From: Allomuricauda sp.
GTDB taxonomy: Bacteria > Bacteroidota > Bacteroidia > Flavobacteriales > Flavobacteriaceae
Assembly: GCA_048270465.1 (NCBI GenBank)
Contig: JBLWSV010000003.1
Span: 96,843 to 160,842, forward strand
Reading direction: 5' to 3'
DNA: 64,000 bases
The notes beneath the pieces were generated by a model. That model searched no databases. It had not been told where the DNA came from and was given only the letters and a program-made list of their open reading frames with translations. A program made the position numbers and the translations under genes. Below, piece after piece: positions 1 to 9,291 of the stretch (positions are counted from its first letter, which is position 1; each line of letters begins with the position of its first letter).

Positions 1-94
1 TGTGTTTCCCCAATAACGACAGTATCAAAAAATAGGCAATCAATACGGCACTGGTCACAATTCCAAAACGGATAGGGAGAGTCATTTTTTTCAT
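1..94 (-). CDS. N-terminus of a membrane protein (DUF4199-like), truncated by window edge
   Basis: Read manually: ATG at 94, MKKMTLPIRFGIVTSAVLIAYFLILSLLGKH..., open to position 1; hydrophobic; divergent from the M16 gene. Confidence 0.65.
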   Translation of the reverse strand, partial: MKKMTLPIRFGIVTSAVLIAYFLILSLLGKH

Positions 95-282
95 CACTTT
101 GCTTTTTTTGGATGGGACGTTTAAATTACTGAATGTTTGCGAATTATACCACATTTAATTTTGAAAGACTTGACTGAGCACTGCCCTTCTTAGTAATTTT
201 ATTTTATATTTAGCGTAACATCGATCGAAAAATCAATACCAACCTCAATAGAAGTTTATCTAACATAAAAATTTAATTCTTT

Positions 283-1605
283 ATGAGAAAAAATTTGCTT
301 TCTGCATTCACCATGCTCTTTGCAGGCACCCTTCTTTTTGCACAAGAAGTGGCTTATGAAGAGTATGACCTGGACAATGGGCTCCACGTGATCCTTCACC
401 AGGACAATTCGGCCCCCGTGGTGACCACTGCGGTAATGTACCACGTGGGATCAAAGGATGAAGATCCCCAAAAAACCGGATTCGCCCATTTCTTCGAACA
501 TTTACTCTTCGAGGGGACCAAGAACATTGAACGTGGTGAATGGGACAAAATAGTATCTTCCAATGGGGGTAGTGGCAATGCCAACACCTTTTTGGACCGC
601 ACCTATTATTATGAGACCTTCCCGTCCAACAGTCTGGAAGTTGGTCTTTGGCTCGAATCCGAAAGGCTGATGCACCCCATTATCGGGCAGGTTGGGGTGG
701 ACACCCAAAAAGAGGTGGTACAGGAAGAAAGAAGGTTGCGTGTGGACAATTCACCCTACGGAGCATTTTTTGAGCAGCTTCTTAAAAACCTGTACACCAA
801 GCATCCTTATCGCTGGGGGGTCATAGGATCGTTGGACCATTTGGCCAGTGCCACATTGGACGATTTCAAAAAATTCAACCAGACGTATTACGTGCCCAAC
901 AATGGTGTGTTGGTGGTCGCTGGGGATTTTGACACAGAAAAGACCAAAAAAATGATCGCCGATTATTTTGGCCCCATCCCAAAGGGAGCGGAAATACCGA
1001 GACCCAATATCAAGGAAGATCCCATCACCAAAACCGTTTTTGCTTCCTACAACGACCCGAACATACAAATTCCAGCCATTTTGTTGGCATACAGAACACC
1101 GGGGCAGGGACAACGGGACGCTTACGTGATCGATATGATCTCCACCTATCTGAGCGATGGAGAAAGCTCCAAACTCTATAAAAAATTGGTGGACGAGAAA
1201 AAAATGGCCCTACAGATCCTTTCCGTGCCCATCAATGCGGAAGATTATGGTTCCTATATAGTGGGGGGCCTTCCGGTGGGCGACAACTCCATCCAGGACA
1301 TCAAAAAGGAAATTGACGAGGAAATCCTTAAACTGCAAATGGAGCTCATCTCCGAAAAGGATTACCAAAAACTCCAGAACAAGTTTGAAAACCAGTTTGT
1401 CAATGCCAACAGTACCATTCAGGGCATTGCCAACTCATTGGCCGAAAACTATATGCTGAAGGACGATACCAACCTCATCAACACCGAGATTGATATTTAT
1501 CGCTCCATTACCCGTGAAGAGATCATGGAAGTGGCCAAAAAATACCTAAAGGTGAACCAACGTGTGGAACTTGAGTATTTACCAGAACAAAAAGCAGCCA
1601 ATTAA
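283..1605 (+). CDS. M16 (pitrilysin/insulinase) family zinc peptidase, catalytic subunit
   Basis: 440 aa; signal peptide; inverted zinc motif HFFEH (HxxEH); NANT..DRTYY and downstream EERR. Confidence 0.92.
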   Translation: MRKNLLSAFTMLFAGTLLFAQEVAYEEYDLDNGLHVILHQDNSAPVVTTAVMYHVGSKDEDPQKTGFAHFFEHLLFEGTKNIERGEWDKIVSSNGGSGNANTFLDRTYYYETFPSNSLEVGLWLESERLMHPIIGQVGVDTQKEVVQEERRLRVDNSPYGAFFEQLLKNLYTKHPYRWGVIGSLDHLASATLDDFKKFNQTYYVPNNGVLVVAGDFDTEKTKKMIADYFGPIPKGAEIPRPNIKEDPITKTVFASYNDPNIQIPAILLAYRTPGQGQRDAYVIDMISTYLSDGESSKLYKKLVDEKKMALQILSVPINAEDYGSYIVGGLPVGDNSIQDIKKEIDEEILKLQMELISEKDYQKLQNKFENQFVNANSTIQGIANSLAENYMLKDDTNLINTEIDIYRSITREEIMEVAKKYLKVNQRVELEYLPEQKAAN

Positions 1606-1606
1606 G

Positions 1607-3679
1607 ATGAAAAAATATATAGTATTGACCGTGCTGTCCCTTTTTATGACGGCATCTTACGCACAGATAGACAGGAGCAAGCAACCCAAGCGGGGACCTG
1701 CCCCTGAAATCAATTTGAAGGAACCCGCCCGCTTCGAACTCAGCAATGGGCTAAAGGTATTGGTGGTGGAAAACCACAAATTGCCCAGGGTACGCATGCA
1801 ATTGACCATTGACAACCCACCTATCCTGCAAGGGGACAAAGCCGGGGTTTCCGACCTTACCTCAAGCATGCTGGGGAAAGGCTCCAAGAACATCCCCAAG
1901 GACGATTTCTACGAAGAAGTGGACTTTTTGGGAGCCAATATCTATGTAGGGGACCAAAGTGCCTTTGCCAGCTGCCTTTCCAAATATTTTCCAAGAATTT
2001 TGGAACTTTTGGCCGATGCCGCACTCAATCCAGATTTTACCCAAGAAGAGTTTGAAAAGGAAAAGGAAAAACTCATCACCGGACTAAAATCCCAAGAAAA
2101 AGATGTCTCTGCCATTGCAGACAGGGTACAATTGGCCTTAGCCTATGGCAAAAACCATCCGTTTGGGGAAATCACATCGGAAGAAACCGTGAGCAACGTG
2201 ACCTTGGCAGATGTAGAGCAGCACTACCGGTCTTACTTTGTTCCCGCAAATGCTTATTTGGTAGTAATAGGCGACGTAACGCTCGATCAGGTAAAGGAAC
2301 TGGTGACCAAACACTTTACGCCATGGTCCAAAGCTGTTCCCCCATCCTTCACCTATACTGACCCCAAGGATGCACAGTACACCCAGATCAACTTTGTGGA
2401 TGTGCCCAATGCCGTACAGTCCGAAGTGGCCGTACAGAACATTACCCACTTAAAAATGAAGGACGAGGATTATTTGGATGCACTCATGGCCAACAGGATC
2501 TTGGGTGGAGGTTCACAGGCCCGATTGTTCAAAAACCTACGTGAGGACAAGGGTTATACCTACGGATCCTATTCCGGCATCAGGGGCAACAAGTATAGCC
2601 CCATGCGGTTCAATGCTTATGCCCAGGTAAGGAATGCCGTTACGGACAGTTCCGTGGTCCAGATTTTGCAAGAAATAGACAAGATCACCTCCGAGCCCGT
2701 CTCCGAAGAAGAACTGGCCAATGCCAAGGCCAAATATGCAGGCAGCTTTGTCATGGCGCTGGAAAGACCAGAAACCGTAGCCGAATATGCGTTGAACATT
2801 GAAACAGAAGACCTCCCCAAGGATTTTTACAAAACCTATCTGGAGCGTATTGATGCCATAACGGTTGAAGATGTCCAAAAAGCGGCCCAAAAACATTTTT
2901 CCACCTCCAATGCACGAATCGTTGTTACGGGAAAAGGAAGCGATGTACTGGAAAATCTGGAAAAAGTCACCTTCAAGGGAAAAACAGTTCCCGTCCTTTA
3001 CTATGACAAATATGCCACCCAAACGGAAAAACCCAACTTTAATGAAGAAGTCCCCGAAGGGGTCACTGCCAATTCCATTTTGGAAAAATACCTAGAGGCC
3101 ATTGGAGGCAAGAGTAAATTGGAAGGTGTGGAGTCTTATTCCATGGTCGCCGAAGCAGAAATGCAGGGCATGAAATTGGAACTTGAGATGAAGAAAACCA
3201 CCAAAGACCAATTTATGCAGGACGTAAAAGTGATGGGAAATTCCATGCAAAAGCAAGTTTTGGACGGTGACAAAGGCTACATGGTCGTTCAGGGTCAGCG
3301 CAAGGACCTGTCACCGGAAGAGGTTGCAAAAATCAAGGAAGAATCTGCCGCTTTCCCAGAGTTGAACTATTTGGCCGCAGGCGACATCATCTTGGAGGGC
3401 ATAGAACCCGTTGGCGACAAAAAGGCCTACAAGCTGAAAATCAGTGATAAGAAAACTGCTTTTTATGATGTTGAGTCCGGCCTGAAAATCCAAGAGGTGA
3501 GTGTGGAAGAAATTCAGGGCCAACAAATGTCCAGCACTATGGGCTATGGTGATTATCAAGGAGTTTCCGGGATCAAGTTCCCGTTTAAGATCACCCAGAG
3601 CATGGGACCACAAAACTTCGAGTTCTTGGTAAAGGAACTCAAGGTGAACGAAGGCGTCGATGCTTCTGATTTCAAATAA
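1607..3679 (+). CDS. M16 family peptidase-like subunit lacking HxxEH, with extra C-terminal beta-rich domain
   Basis: Likely start ATG 1607 (MKKYIVL..., signal peptide), 1 nt after upstream TAA; M16 fold motifs (LSNGLKVLVVENHKLP, RLFKNLREDKGYTYG); no HxxEH. Confidence 0.88.
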   Translation: MKKYIVLTVLSLFMTASYAQIDRSKQPKRGPAPEINLKEPARFELSNGLKVLVVENHKLPRVRMQLTIDNPPILQGDKAGVSDLTSSMLGKGSKNIPKDDFYEEVDFLGANIYVGDQSAFASCLSKYFPRILELLADAALNPDFTQEEFEKEKEKLITGLKSQEKDVSAIADRVQLALAYGKNHPFGEITSEETVSNVTLADVEQHYRSYFVPANAYLVVIGDVTLDQVKELVTKHFTPWSKAVPPSFTYTDPKDAQYTQINFVDVPNAVQSEVAVQNITHLKMKDEDYLDALMANRILGGGSQARLFKNLREDKGYTYGSYSGIRGNKYSPMRFNAYAQVRNAVTDSSVVQILQEIDKITSEPVSEEELANAKAKYAGSFVMALERPETVAEYALNIETEDLPKDFYKTYLERIDAITVEDVQKAAQKHFSTSNARIVVTGKGSDVLENLEKVTFKGKTVPVLYYDKYATQTEKPNFNEEVPEGVTANSILEKYLEAIGGKSKLEGVESYSMVAEAEMQGMKLELEMKKTTKDQFMQDVKVMGNSMQKQVLDGDKGYMVVQGQRKDLSPEEVAKIKEESAAFPELNYLAAGDIILEGIEPVGDKKAYKLKISDKKTAFYDVESGLKIQEVSVEEIQGQQMSSTMGYGDYQGVSGIKFPFKITQSMGPQNFEFLVKELKVNEGVDASDFK

Positions 3680-3696
3680 TGAAGTAACCATTTTAC

Positions 3697-3734
3697 AAAA
3701 AAAAGGGCGTTCCGATCGGAACGCCCTTTTTTTT
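3697..3734. terminator. Bidirectional intrinsic terminator
   Basis: A8-GGGCGTTCCGATCGGAACGCCC-T8, a perfect 38-bp palindrome between convergent genes. Confidence 0.92.
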
Positions 3735-3747
3735 GCTATCAAAGAGC

Positions 3748-5859
3748 TTAGAAACTATATTGTACAAATGCAGATAAGTTCCTGCCCGGGTCATTTATTG
3801 GTACCCTTCCATAATCCGGCTGGTTGACAAAGGAAAAATTCAGGTGGTTGTTGTAGGTCACATCAAAAATATTTGATGCCGCTACGCCCACGGTAACATG
3901 CTCAAACGGTTTGGCACCAAAGCTAAGATCCACAATACCATATCCGTCCGTAACCCTTTCCCCAAAAGAAGGTGCAATATCGGTTTGTTTGGAGGTGATT
4001 GTGTATGTGGCCCCTGCCCACAGCTTTTGTTTTTCAAAACGAAGGTTAAACCTGGATACCAAAGGAGGTGTCAAGGGAAGCGATTCATCCAAATCGCTGT
4101 TCTTTGCATAGACATAGGACACTTCAGTTTTAAAAGTGAAATCATCCAAAAAAACCAATTGGGCAAATGCTTCAAAACCTGTTTTGTAAGCTTTGTCAAG
4201 GTTGGAAAATCTTTTCACTTCAGTCGGCTGCACCATGGGCATATACTTTTTGTCCAACGATGGATCGATAAGGGCAACGATATAGTTGTCATAAAAAGAA
4301 TAATAGACCGAGGCGCCATAATCAAACCCATCGAAAATATAGCCCTCAAAAGTGTTCTTGGCCTTAATGCCCAATTCAAACTGATTGTTCACCTCTGCGT
4401 CCAACAAAGGATTGCCTACATATTCATAGGGGTCTTGGCCCACTGCAAAATGGTTGATAAACCTTTCTATCATATTGGCTGAACGCACTCCTCTGCCATA
4501 GGCCAGTTCAATCAAAAAATCGGGGGTGGCCATATATTTAATGGAAGCCGTTGCACTGATATTGTTCTCGGTACGGGCATCCAGATCGGGATAAAGTGCC
4601 ACAAAATCATCGGCAGGGGCATCACTCTTAGACCTTACCAAATCGTACCGCAAGCCCACATTGGCCAAAAACTTGTTGGAAAAAGGATATTTGGCCTCTA
4701 CAAAAGCACCAAAGTCATTTATTTGGGAGTCTTGCCAAACCTCATCCACAAATTCCATGGGCATGGGCAGTACATCCCCGTTCATGTTCCGTTTCACCAA
4801 ACGGACCCGGCTTCCGGTGCGCCCAATGGAAATCGCATCCACACCGGTATATAGTTTGAGGTCTTCCATAGGCCGCCATTCCAGCTCAGCTCTTCCGCCC
4901 AAAGTGGTCGCATCCACCTCAGAAACTGCCTCTGTACTGGCAAAACTGGGCCTTAGAGAATTAGACATAATGTGATCTACCTTGGAACGGTACAATTTGG
5001 CACTGAAAGCCCTCAACGCCCCTGGCAATTCGTCCAGTTTGTAGTCCAGGGAAAGGACATTGCTGTTGTCTTCGTCCGTATCCATGGGGAGGCCGGCATG
5101 AAGCACATCCCTTCCAAAAGATTGTCTGAAACCAACCTGAACCCGTTGCTTTTCCCCAAGATTATACCCTACTTGAACCCCGTAATCGGTACTCTTGAAC
5201 GAAGAGGGAATTTCATTTCCATCACCATCCTCATAATTGCCAAAATCGCGGAGTCCAAAGTTGATGTCCACATCATATTGCTCCGCCACATATTTTACAT
5301 TGGCATAAGTGGTTATGGCATTTCCGTTGTTCTCGCCACCAAAGTTTGCCTTACCATGGTAGCCCTTTTCCTGTTTTTCAACTTCCTTGGTCACCAAATT
5401 GACGATGCCACCAAAAGTGGGGCCATACCTAAAGGTATAGGGGCCCTTGACTACTTCAATACGTTCTATCTCCTCTGGTAGCACATGGGTGGTAATGGGA
5501 TCCATACGGTTCGGACAGGCGTGCATTACCTTGGTGCCCCCATTGAACTGGATGTTCAATTGTTCATATTGTGACGCCCTAAAAGAAGGGTCGATGGCAT
5601 AGTTGCCCCTTTTGATCAGGGAAAACCCATTGATGTCCCTGAAAAGGTCAGCCACGTTTTTGGATTGTACTATTTTTTTGGAAGGCTCACTCTTGAAGGA
5701 GGAGAAAACCGGATCTGTGATGCTTTTTCCTTCAACAAGGACCTCGTCCAACTGAATTGGAGCTTTTGCAACGGAATCTTGCACGGTAATGACCTGCGCA
5801 TGGGATATTGCGGTCCCAACGAGCAAAACACACAGTTTTGCCATTGAACTGATATTCAT
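3748..5859 (-). CDS. TonB-dependent receptor, OprC/NosA-like copper transporter
   Basis: Likely start ATG 5859 (MNISSMAK); plug motif RIEVVKGPY; C-terminal GRNLSAFVQYSF; plug CPNRM (CxxxM) plus barrel HIM (HxM), the OprC-type copper site. Confidence 0.85.
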   Translation of the reverse strand: MNISSMAKLCVLLVGTAISHAQVITVQDSVAKAPIQLDEVLVEGKSITDPVFSSFKSEPSKKIVQSKNVADLFRDINGFSLIKRGNYAIDPSFRASQYEQLNIQFNGGTKVMHACPNRMDPITTHVLPEEIERIEVVKGPYTFRYGPTFGGIVNLVTKEVEKQEKGYHGKANFGGENNGNAITTYANVKYVAEQYDVDINFGLRDFGNYEDGDGNEIPSSFKSTDYGVQVGYNLGEKQRVQVGFRQSFGRDVLHAGLPMDTDEDNSNVLSLDYKLDELPGALRAFSAKLYRSKVDHIMSNSLRPSFASTEAVSEVDATTLGGRAELEWRPMEDLKLYTGVDAISIGRTGSRVRLVKRNMNGDVLPMPMEFVDEVWQDSQINDFGAFVEAKYPFSNKFLANVGLRYDLVRSKSDAPADDFVALYPDLDARTENNISATASIKYMATPDFLIELAYGRGVRSANMIERFINHFAVGQDPYEYVGNPLLDAEVNNQFELGIKAKNTFEGYIFDGFDYGASVYYSFYDNYIVALIDPSLDKKYMPMVQPTEVKRFSNLDKAYKTGFEAFAQLVFLDDFTFKTEVSYVYAKNSDLDESLPLTPPLVSRFNLRFEKQKLWAGATYTITSKQTDIAPSFGERVTDGYGIVDLSFGAKPFEHVTVGVAASNIFDVTYNNHLNFSFVNQPDYGRVPINDPGRNLSAFVQYSF

Positions 5860-5923
5860 TTTTTTATGTTTAAGATTAAACTTGATTGGCCATTGGTTCA
5901 TGGCCCTTTTTCAAATTATGATC

Positions 5924-6313
5924 TTAAACAATCGGAGGTTTATGTGGCTTAAGTGTAAACTGGTAGGAATAGTTGTTGGAATATTGAAAAGAAGTGGGAT
6001 CGATGCCCAATTCAATTTGCAGATTATAGCTTGGCAACTTCACCAAGAAAACAGTGAGCTGTTCCCATCCTATTATGGGCATGGGCCTTTCGTCCCCATC
6101 GGTCTGTGCCTGGAGCATCTTGGCCAACATACATTTACCATCGCAGTTCAGTTCGGGCCTGTCCTTGTTCTCACAAAGTTGTTCTATAAACCCTTCCCTG
6201 TTCAGGCTGTAGTACACATACATGGAAGAAAAGCGAAGATTGCCCACCATCACCAAAGCGATGAAGAGCAGGGAAAAAACATATCGACGATAAGAAGGCT
6301 TTGTCAATCCCAT
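5924..6313 (-). CDS. Small Cys-rich membrane protein upstream of the copper receptor (candidate regulatory leader protein)
   Basis: 129 aa from ATG 6313; N-terminal hydrophobic segment; CENKDRPELNCDGKC; C-terminal KPHKPPIV. Confidence 0.75.
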   Translation of the reverse strand: MGLTKPSYRRYVFSLLFIALVMVGNLRFSSMYVYYSLNREGFIEQLCENKDRPELNCDGKCMLAKMLQAQTDGDERPMPIIGWEQLTVFLVKLPSYNLQIELGIDPTSFQYSNNYSYQFTLKPHKPPIV

Positions 6314-6368
6314 CAATCTTGCTTTAAGAAATCCAATGGATTACAAAATTAAACATGGCGTCCGGTTC

Positions 6369-6392
6369 AAAAGGTGACTTTTGTCACTTTTT
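6369..6392. promoter_or_regulatory. CRP/FNR-like inverted repeat between divergent genes
   Basis: AAAAGGTGAC-TTTT-GTCACTTTTT; core GGTGA-N6-TCACT resembles TGTGA-N6-TCACA. Confidence 0.45.
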
Positions 6393-6468
6393 ATTTTTCT
6401 GATGGTATTTTGCGAACATCGATGGACAGCCCCGCACAAATGGTTAAATTTGGGTCAAAATCAGCACC

Positions 6469-6903
6469 ATGAAAAAAACGCATTTACTACTTGCCTTCGT
6501 TTTTTTACTCTTCAATCTTGCCTGCAAAGAAGAAAAAAAAACACCTGAAGGCCCCACCCAAATGGAACAGGTCATGGCCATCCACGATGAGGTGATGCCC
6601 AAAATGGGAAAATTGGGGAAATTGGTCGGGCAGCTCAAAAGCAAAGTGGACACTACCGAAGTGGGCCAGCAATACGAAGCTGCCATGAAAGACCTTCAGG
6701 AAGCCAACACTGCCATGATGGATTGGATGCGGGATTTTGGCGCCAGATTTGATTCCGATGAAATCCTCAATGGCAAAGAACTTACCGAAGAGAAACAGCA
6801 ATGGTTGGACGAGGAGGAAGAAAAGGTGAAAATTCTCAAGGAAAAAATAAACGGGAGCATTGAAAGGGCCGAGGCACTGTTGGCACAGGCCAAGGAAAAT
6901 TGA
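6469..6903 (+). CDS. Helical Met-rich lipoprotein of unknown function
   Basis: 144 aa; lipobox NLAC followed by KEE; HDEVMPKM and MMDWM motifs. Confidence 0.8.
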   Translation: MKKTHLLLAFVFLLFNLACKEEKKTPEGPTQMEQVMAIHDEVMPKMGKLGKLVGQLKSKVDTTEVGQQYEAAMKDLQEANTAMMDWMRDFGARFDSDEILNGKELTEEKQQWLDEEEEKVKILKEKINGSIERAEALLAQAKEN

Positions 6904-7467
6904 TCAATTTTTCCACCTCAAGCTTTCCATGATCTTCCGAATGTCGTTCTGCAAATACATGGCCGCCGGAAGAATGGAATCGTAATTGGGCTTGGCGTAA
7001 AAATAGAGCGACCCTGTCACAAAATGGTCGGTACTATCGGTCACATAGAACTGGGACTGTGATGCGGCATTCCCGCTCACTTCATAGAACATGCCGTACA
7101 CTCTGGTATCTTCGTTCACAAAGGGTTGTTCCACAATATTGTCCGCCTTCACCACGTGCTCATAGGATAGTTTTTGTGCATCTATGAGCAAGGTGTCCAA
7201 ATTTCCGGTCACGGGTTTATAGGTAAGATAAATGGCGCCGTTCATGCCCGGGTAATCCAAGACCAGCGAACAATCCTTGTTCTCTTTGATGTTAGACAAA
7301 GTATTACGGTCAAAAGTGTAGGCGCAGTCCAAATCGGCTTCCATGTACTGGCCCATGGGGTAGTCCAACCGCAACATGGCCTTGGGTTTGGGCAACACAT
7401 CTTCTTTACAACCAACAAAAAAAAGTATCAGGGCCGGAAGCAAGAGAATCCATCGGTTATTTTTCAT
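6904..7467 (-). CDS. gldD: Gliding motility lipoprotein GldD
   Basis: Lipobox FVGC; PKPKAMLRLDYP, YGMFYEVSGNAASQSQFYVTDS, GSLYFYAKPNYDSI; overlaps gldE stop. Confidence 0.93.
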   Translation of the reverse strand: MKNNRWILLLPALILFFVGCKEDVLPKPKAMLRLDYPMGQYMEADLDCAYTFDRNTLSNIKENKDCSLVLDYPGMNGAIYLTYKPVTGNLDTLLIDAQKLSYEHVVKADNIVEQPFVNEDTRVYGMFYEVSGNAASQSQFYVTDSTDHFVTGSLYFYAKPNYDSILPAAMYLQNDIRKIMESLRWKN

Positions 7468-8767
7468 GTGGCAATATTACTTTTATGCGTTTCAACCTCT
7501 TCTTGTCCATACTTTCCACGATGAACTGATATTTTTTGAAGACGACTTTTTCACCCTGTTTTGGGAAGCTCCCTGAAATTTCAAGCACAAAACCGGCTAT
7601 GGTCTCCGATTCCCCCTTTTTGGATTCAAATTCCTCTTCGTTCTCAATTGCAGCCACCTTGTAGAAATCCTTCAGGGCCGTTTTGCCATCAAAAACATAG
7701 GTGTGATCGTCCAATTTGGAAAATACCAGGTCTTCATCATCAAACTCGTCGCTGATGTCCCCAACGATTTCCTCAATGATGTCCTCCAAGGTAACAATGC
7801 CCGAAGTGCCTCCGTATTCGTCCACCACAACGGCCAGGTGTATCTTTTTATCCTGAAATTCCAACAACAGATCGTCCAGCTTTTTGTTCTCGGGCACAAA
7901 ATAGGGCTCCCGGATCAAGGACATCCAATTGAAAGTCTTACGGTCAATGTAAGGCAAAAGGTCTTTCACATAGAGCACCCCGAGCACGTTGTCCATGTTT
8001 TCAGAAAAAACGGGGATCCTGGAATAGCCGTTTTTTTTGATTTCCTGTAGCACATCGGGGAACTTCATTTTTTCATTGATGGCAAAAATATCGATTCGGG
8101 GCTGCATCACCTGTCTGGTATCGGTATTGCCGAAGTTCACTATCCCTTCCAAGATTTTCTGTTCCTCCTTGGTGGTATCGCCCTCAGAGGCCAGTTCCAG
8201 TGCTTGGGAGAGATGGTCCACACTCAAACTGGATTTTTCCTCTCCCAGATTGTCCTCCAAAAAGAGGGTCACCTTTCGCATTGGAGTACTCAACGGTGTA
8301 AACAGCAGGTTCAATCCCTTGAGCGGTACTGCCATAAAATGCGAAAACCTCACCCGGTTTCTATTCGCATATATTTTGGGCAATATTTCCCCGAACATCA
8401 AGATCAGGACAATGGCCACCACCGCTTTCAACAGAAAACGAAAACTCCCGTCAATGTCGGAGAAAATAGTTTCCCCAATGGAACTGAATAGCAACACTAT
8501 ACCAATGTTGATAATGTTGTTGGTGATCAAAAGGGTGGCAAATAATTTTCTGGGTCTTTCCAACATCTGCGCCACAATCTTCCCGCGGGAGGAATAGTTT
8601 TCCTTCAAATCTTCCAAATCGTTCTGGGAAAGCCCGAAAAGAGCCACTTCCGCACCGGAAATCAGGGCCGATCCGGCCAAAAGAAGCAAAAGCACAATTA
8701 CCTTTATGGTAAAAATGCTACTATAAGTTGTAAAGAAAAACGCCAAACAATGGGGCTCTGGATCCAA
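7457..8767 (-). CDS. gldE: Gliding motility-associated protein GldE (CNNM/HlyC-CorC family)
   Basis: TTG start, MDPEP; ISGAEVALF, FGEILPK, CBS pair (YSRIPV, VVDEYGGTSGIVTLEDIIEEIVG), CorC domain; adjacent to gldD. Confidence 0.9.
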   Translation of the reverse strand: MDPEPHCLAFFFTTYSSIFTIKVIVLLLLLAGSALISGAEVALFGLSQNDLEDLKENYSSRGKIVAQMLERPRKLFATLLITNNIINIGIVLLFSSIGETIFSDIDGSFRFLLKAVVAIVLILMFGEILPKIYANRNRVRFSHFMAVPLKGLNLLFTPLSTPMRKVTLFLEDNLGEEKSSLSVDHLSQALELASEGDTTKEEQKILEGIVNFGNTDTRQVMQPRIDIFAINEKMKFPDVLQEIKKNGYSRIPVFSENMDNVLGVLYVKDLLPYIDRKTFNWMSLIREPYFVPENKKLDDLLLEFQDKKIHLAVVVDEYGGTSGIVTLEDIIEEIVGDISDEFDDEDLVFSKLDDHTYVFDGKTALKDFYKVAAIENEEEFESKKGESETIAGFVLEISGSFPKQGEKVVFKKYQFIVESMDKKRLKRIKVILPHEK

Positions 8768-8791
8768 ATTGTATCGCTTTAAACTTTAATT

Positions 8792-9268
8792 CTAGAATGG
8801 TAGATCGTCTTCCTCTTCGTTGTCATCCATTGGGGTTGTTGGGGGCTGTGGCTTAGAAGCCTCGCTCCTTTCCTGACTTGACGAGGCTTGTGCGTTGGCC
8901 ATGCCTGCCTGTTCGGCGGACATGCTTTCCTTTTTGGTGGTCAAAAAGGTGAAATCATTCACGTGTACCTCTGTGGTGTACCTCATGTTGCCGTCCTCTC
9001 CTTGCCACTGCCTGTTCTTCAACCGTCCCTCAACATAAACCTTGTCTCCCTTGCTAAGGTATTTTTCACAGATTTCAGCAGCTTTGTTCCGCACCACGAT
9101 ATTGTGCCAATCCGTGTTGGTCACTTTTTCCCCGGTCTGTCTGTTGGTGTAGGTCTCATTGGTTGCCAATGGGAATCTGGCTATGCAATTCCCACCTTCA
9201 AAATAGTGGATTTTCACTTCGTCTCCCAAATGCCCGATCAGCATTACTTTGTTCAATGTTCCGCTCAT
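8792..9268 (-). CDS. ssb: Single-stranded DNA-binding protein
   Basis: LNKVMLIGHLG, TDWHNIV, VYVEGRL, acidic tail DDLPF; TACTTTTG promoter element at 9291-9284. Confidence 0.96.
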   Translation of the reverse strand: MSGTLNKVMLIGHLGDEVKIHYFEGGNCIARFPLATNETYTNRQTGEKVTNTDWHNIVVRNKAAEICEKYLSKGDKVYVEGRLKNRQWQGEDGNMRYTTEVHVNDFTFLTTKKESMSAEQAGMANAQASSSQERSEASKPQPPTTPMDDNEEEDDLPF

Positions 9269-9291
9269 AACTCTTTAATTAATCAAAAGTA

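Noticed and set aside
1562-1606. Longer start for the second M16 gene
   Set aside because: Signal peptide begins at ATG 1607; the extension overlaps the upstream gene
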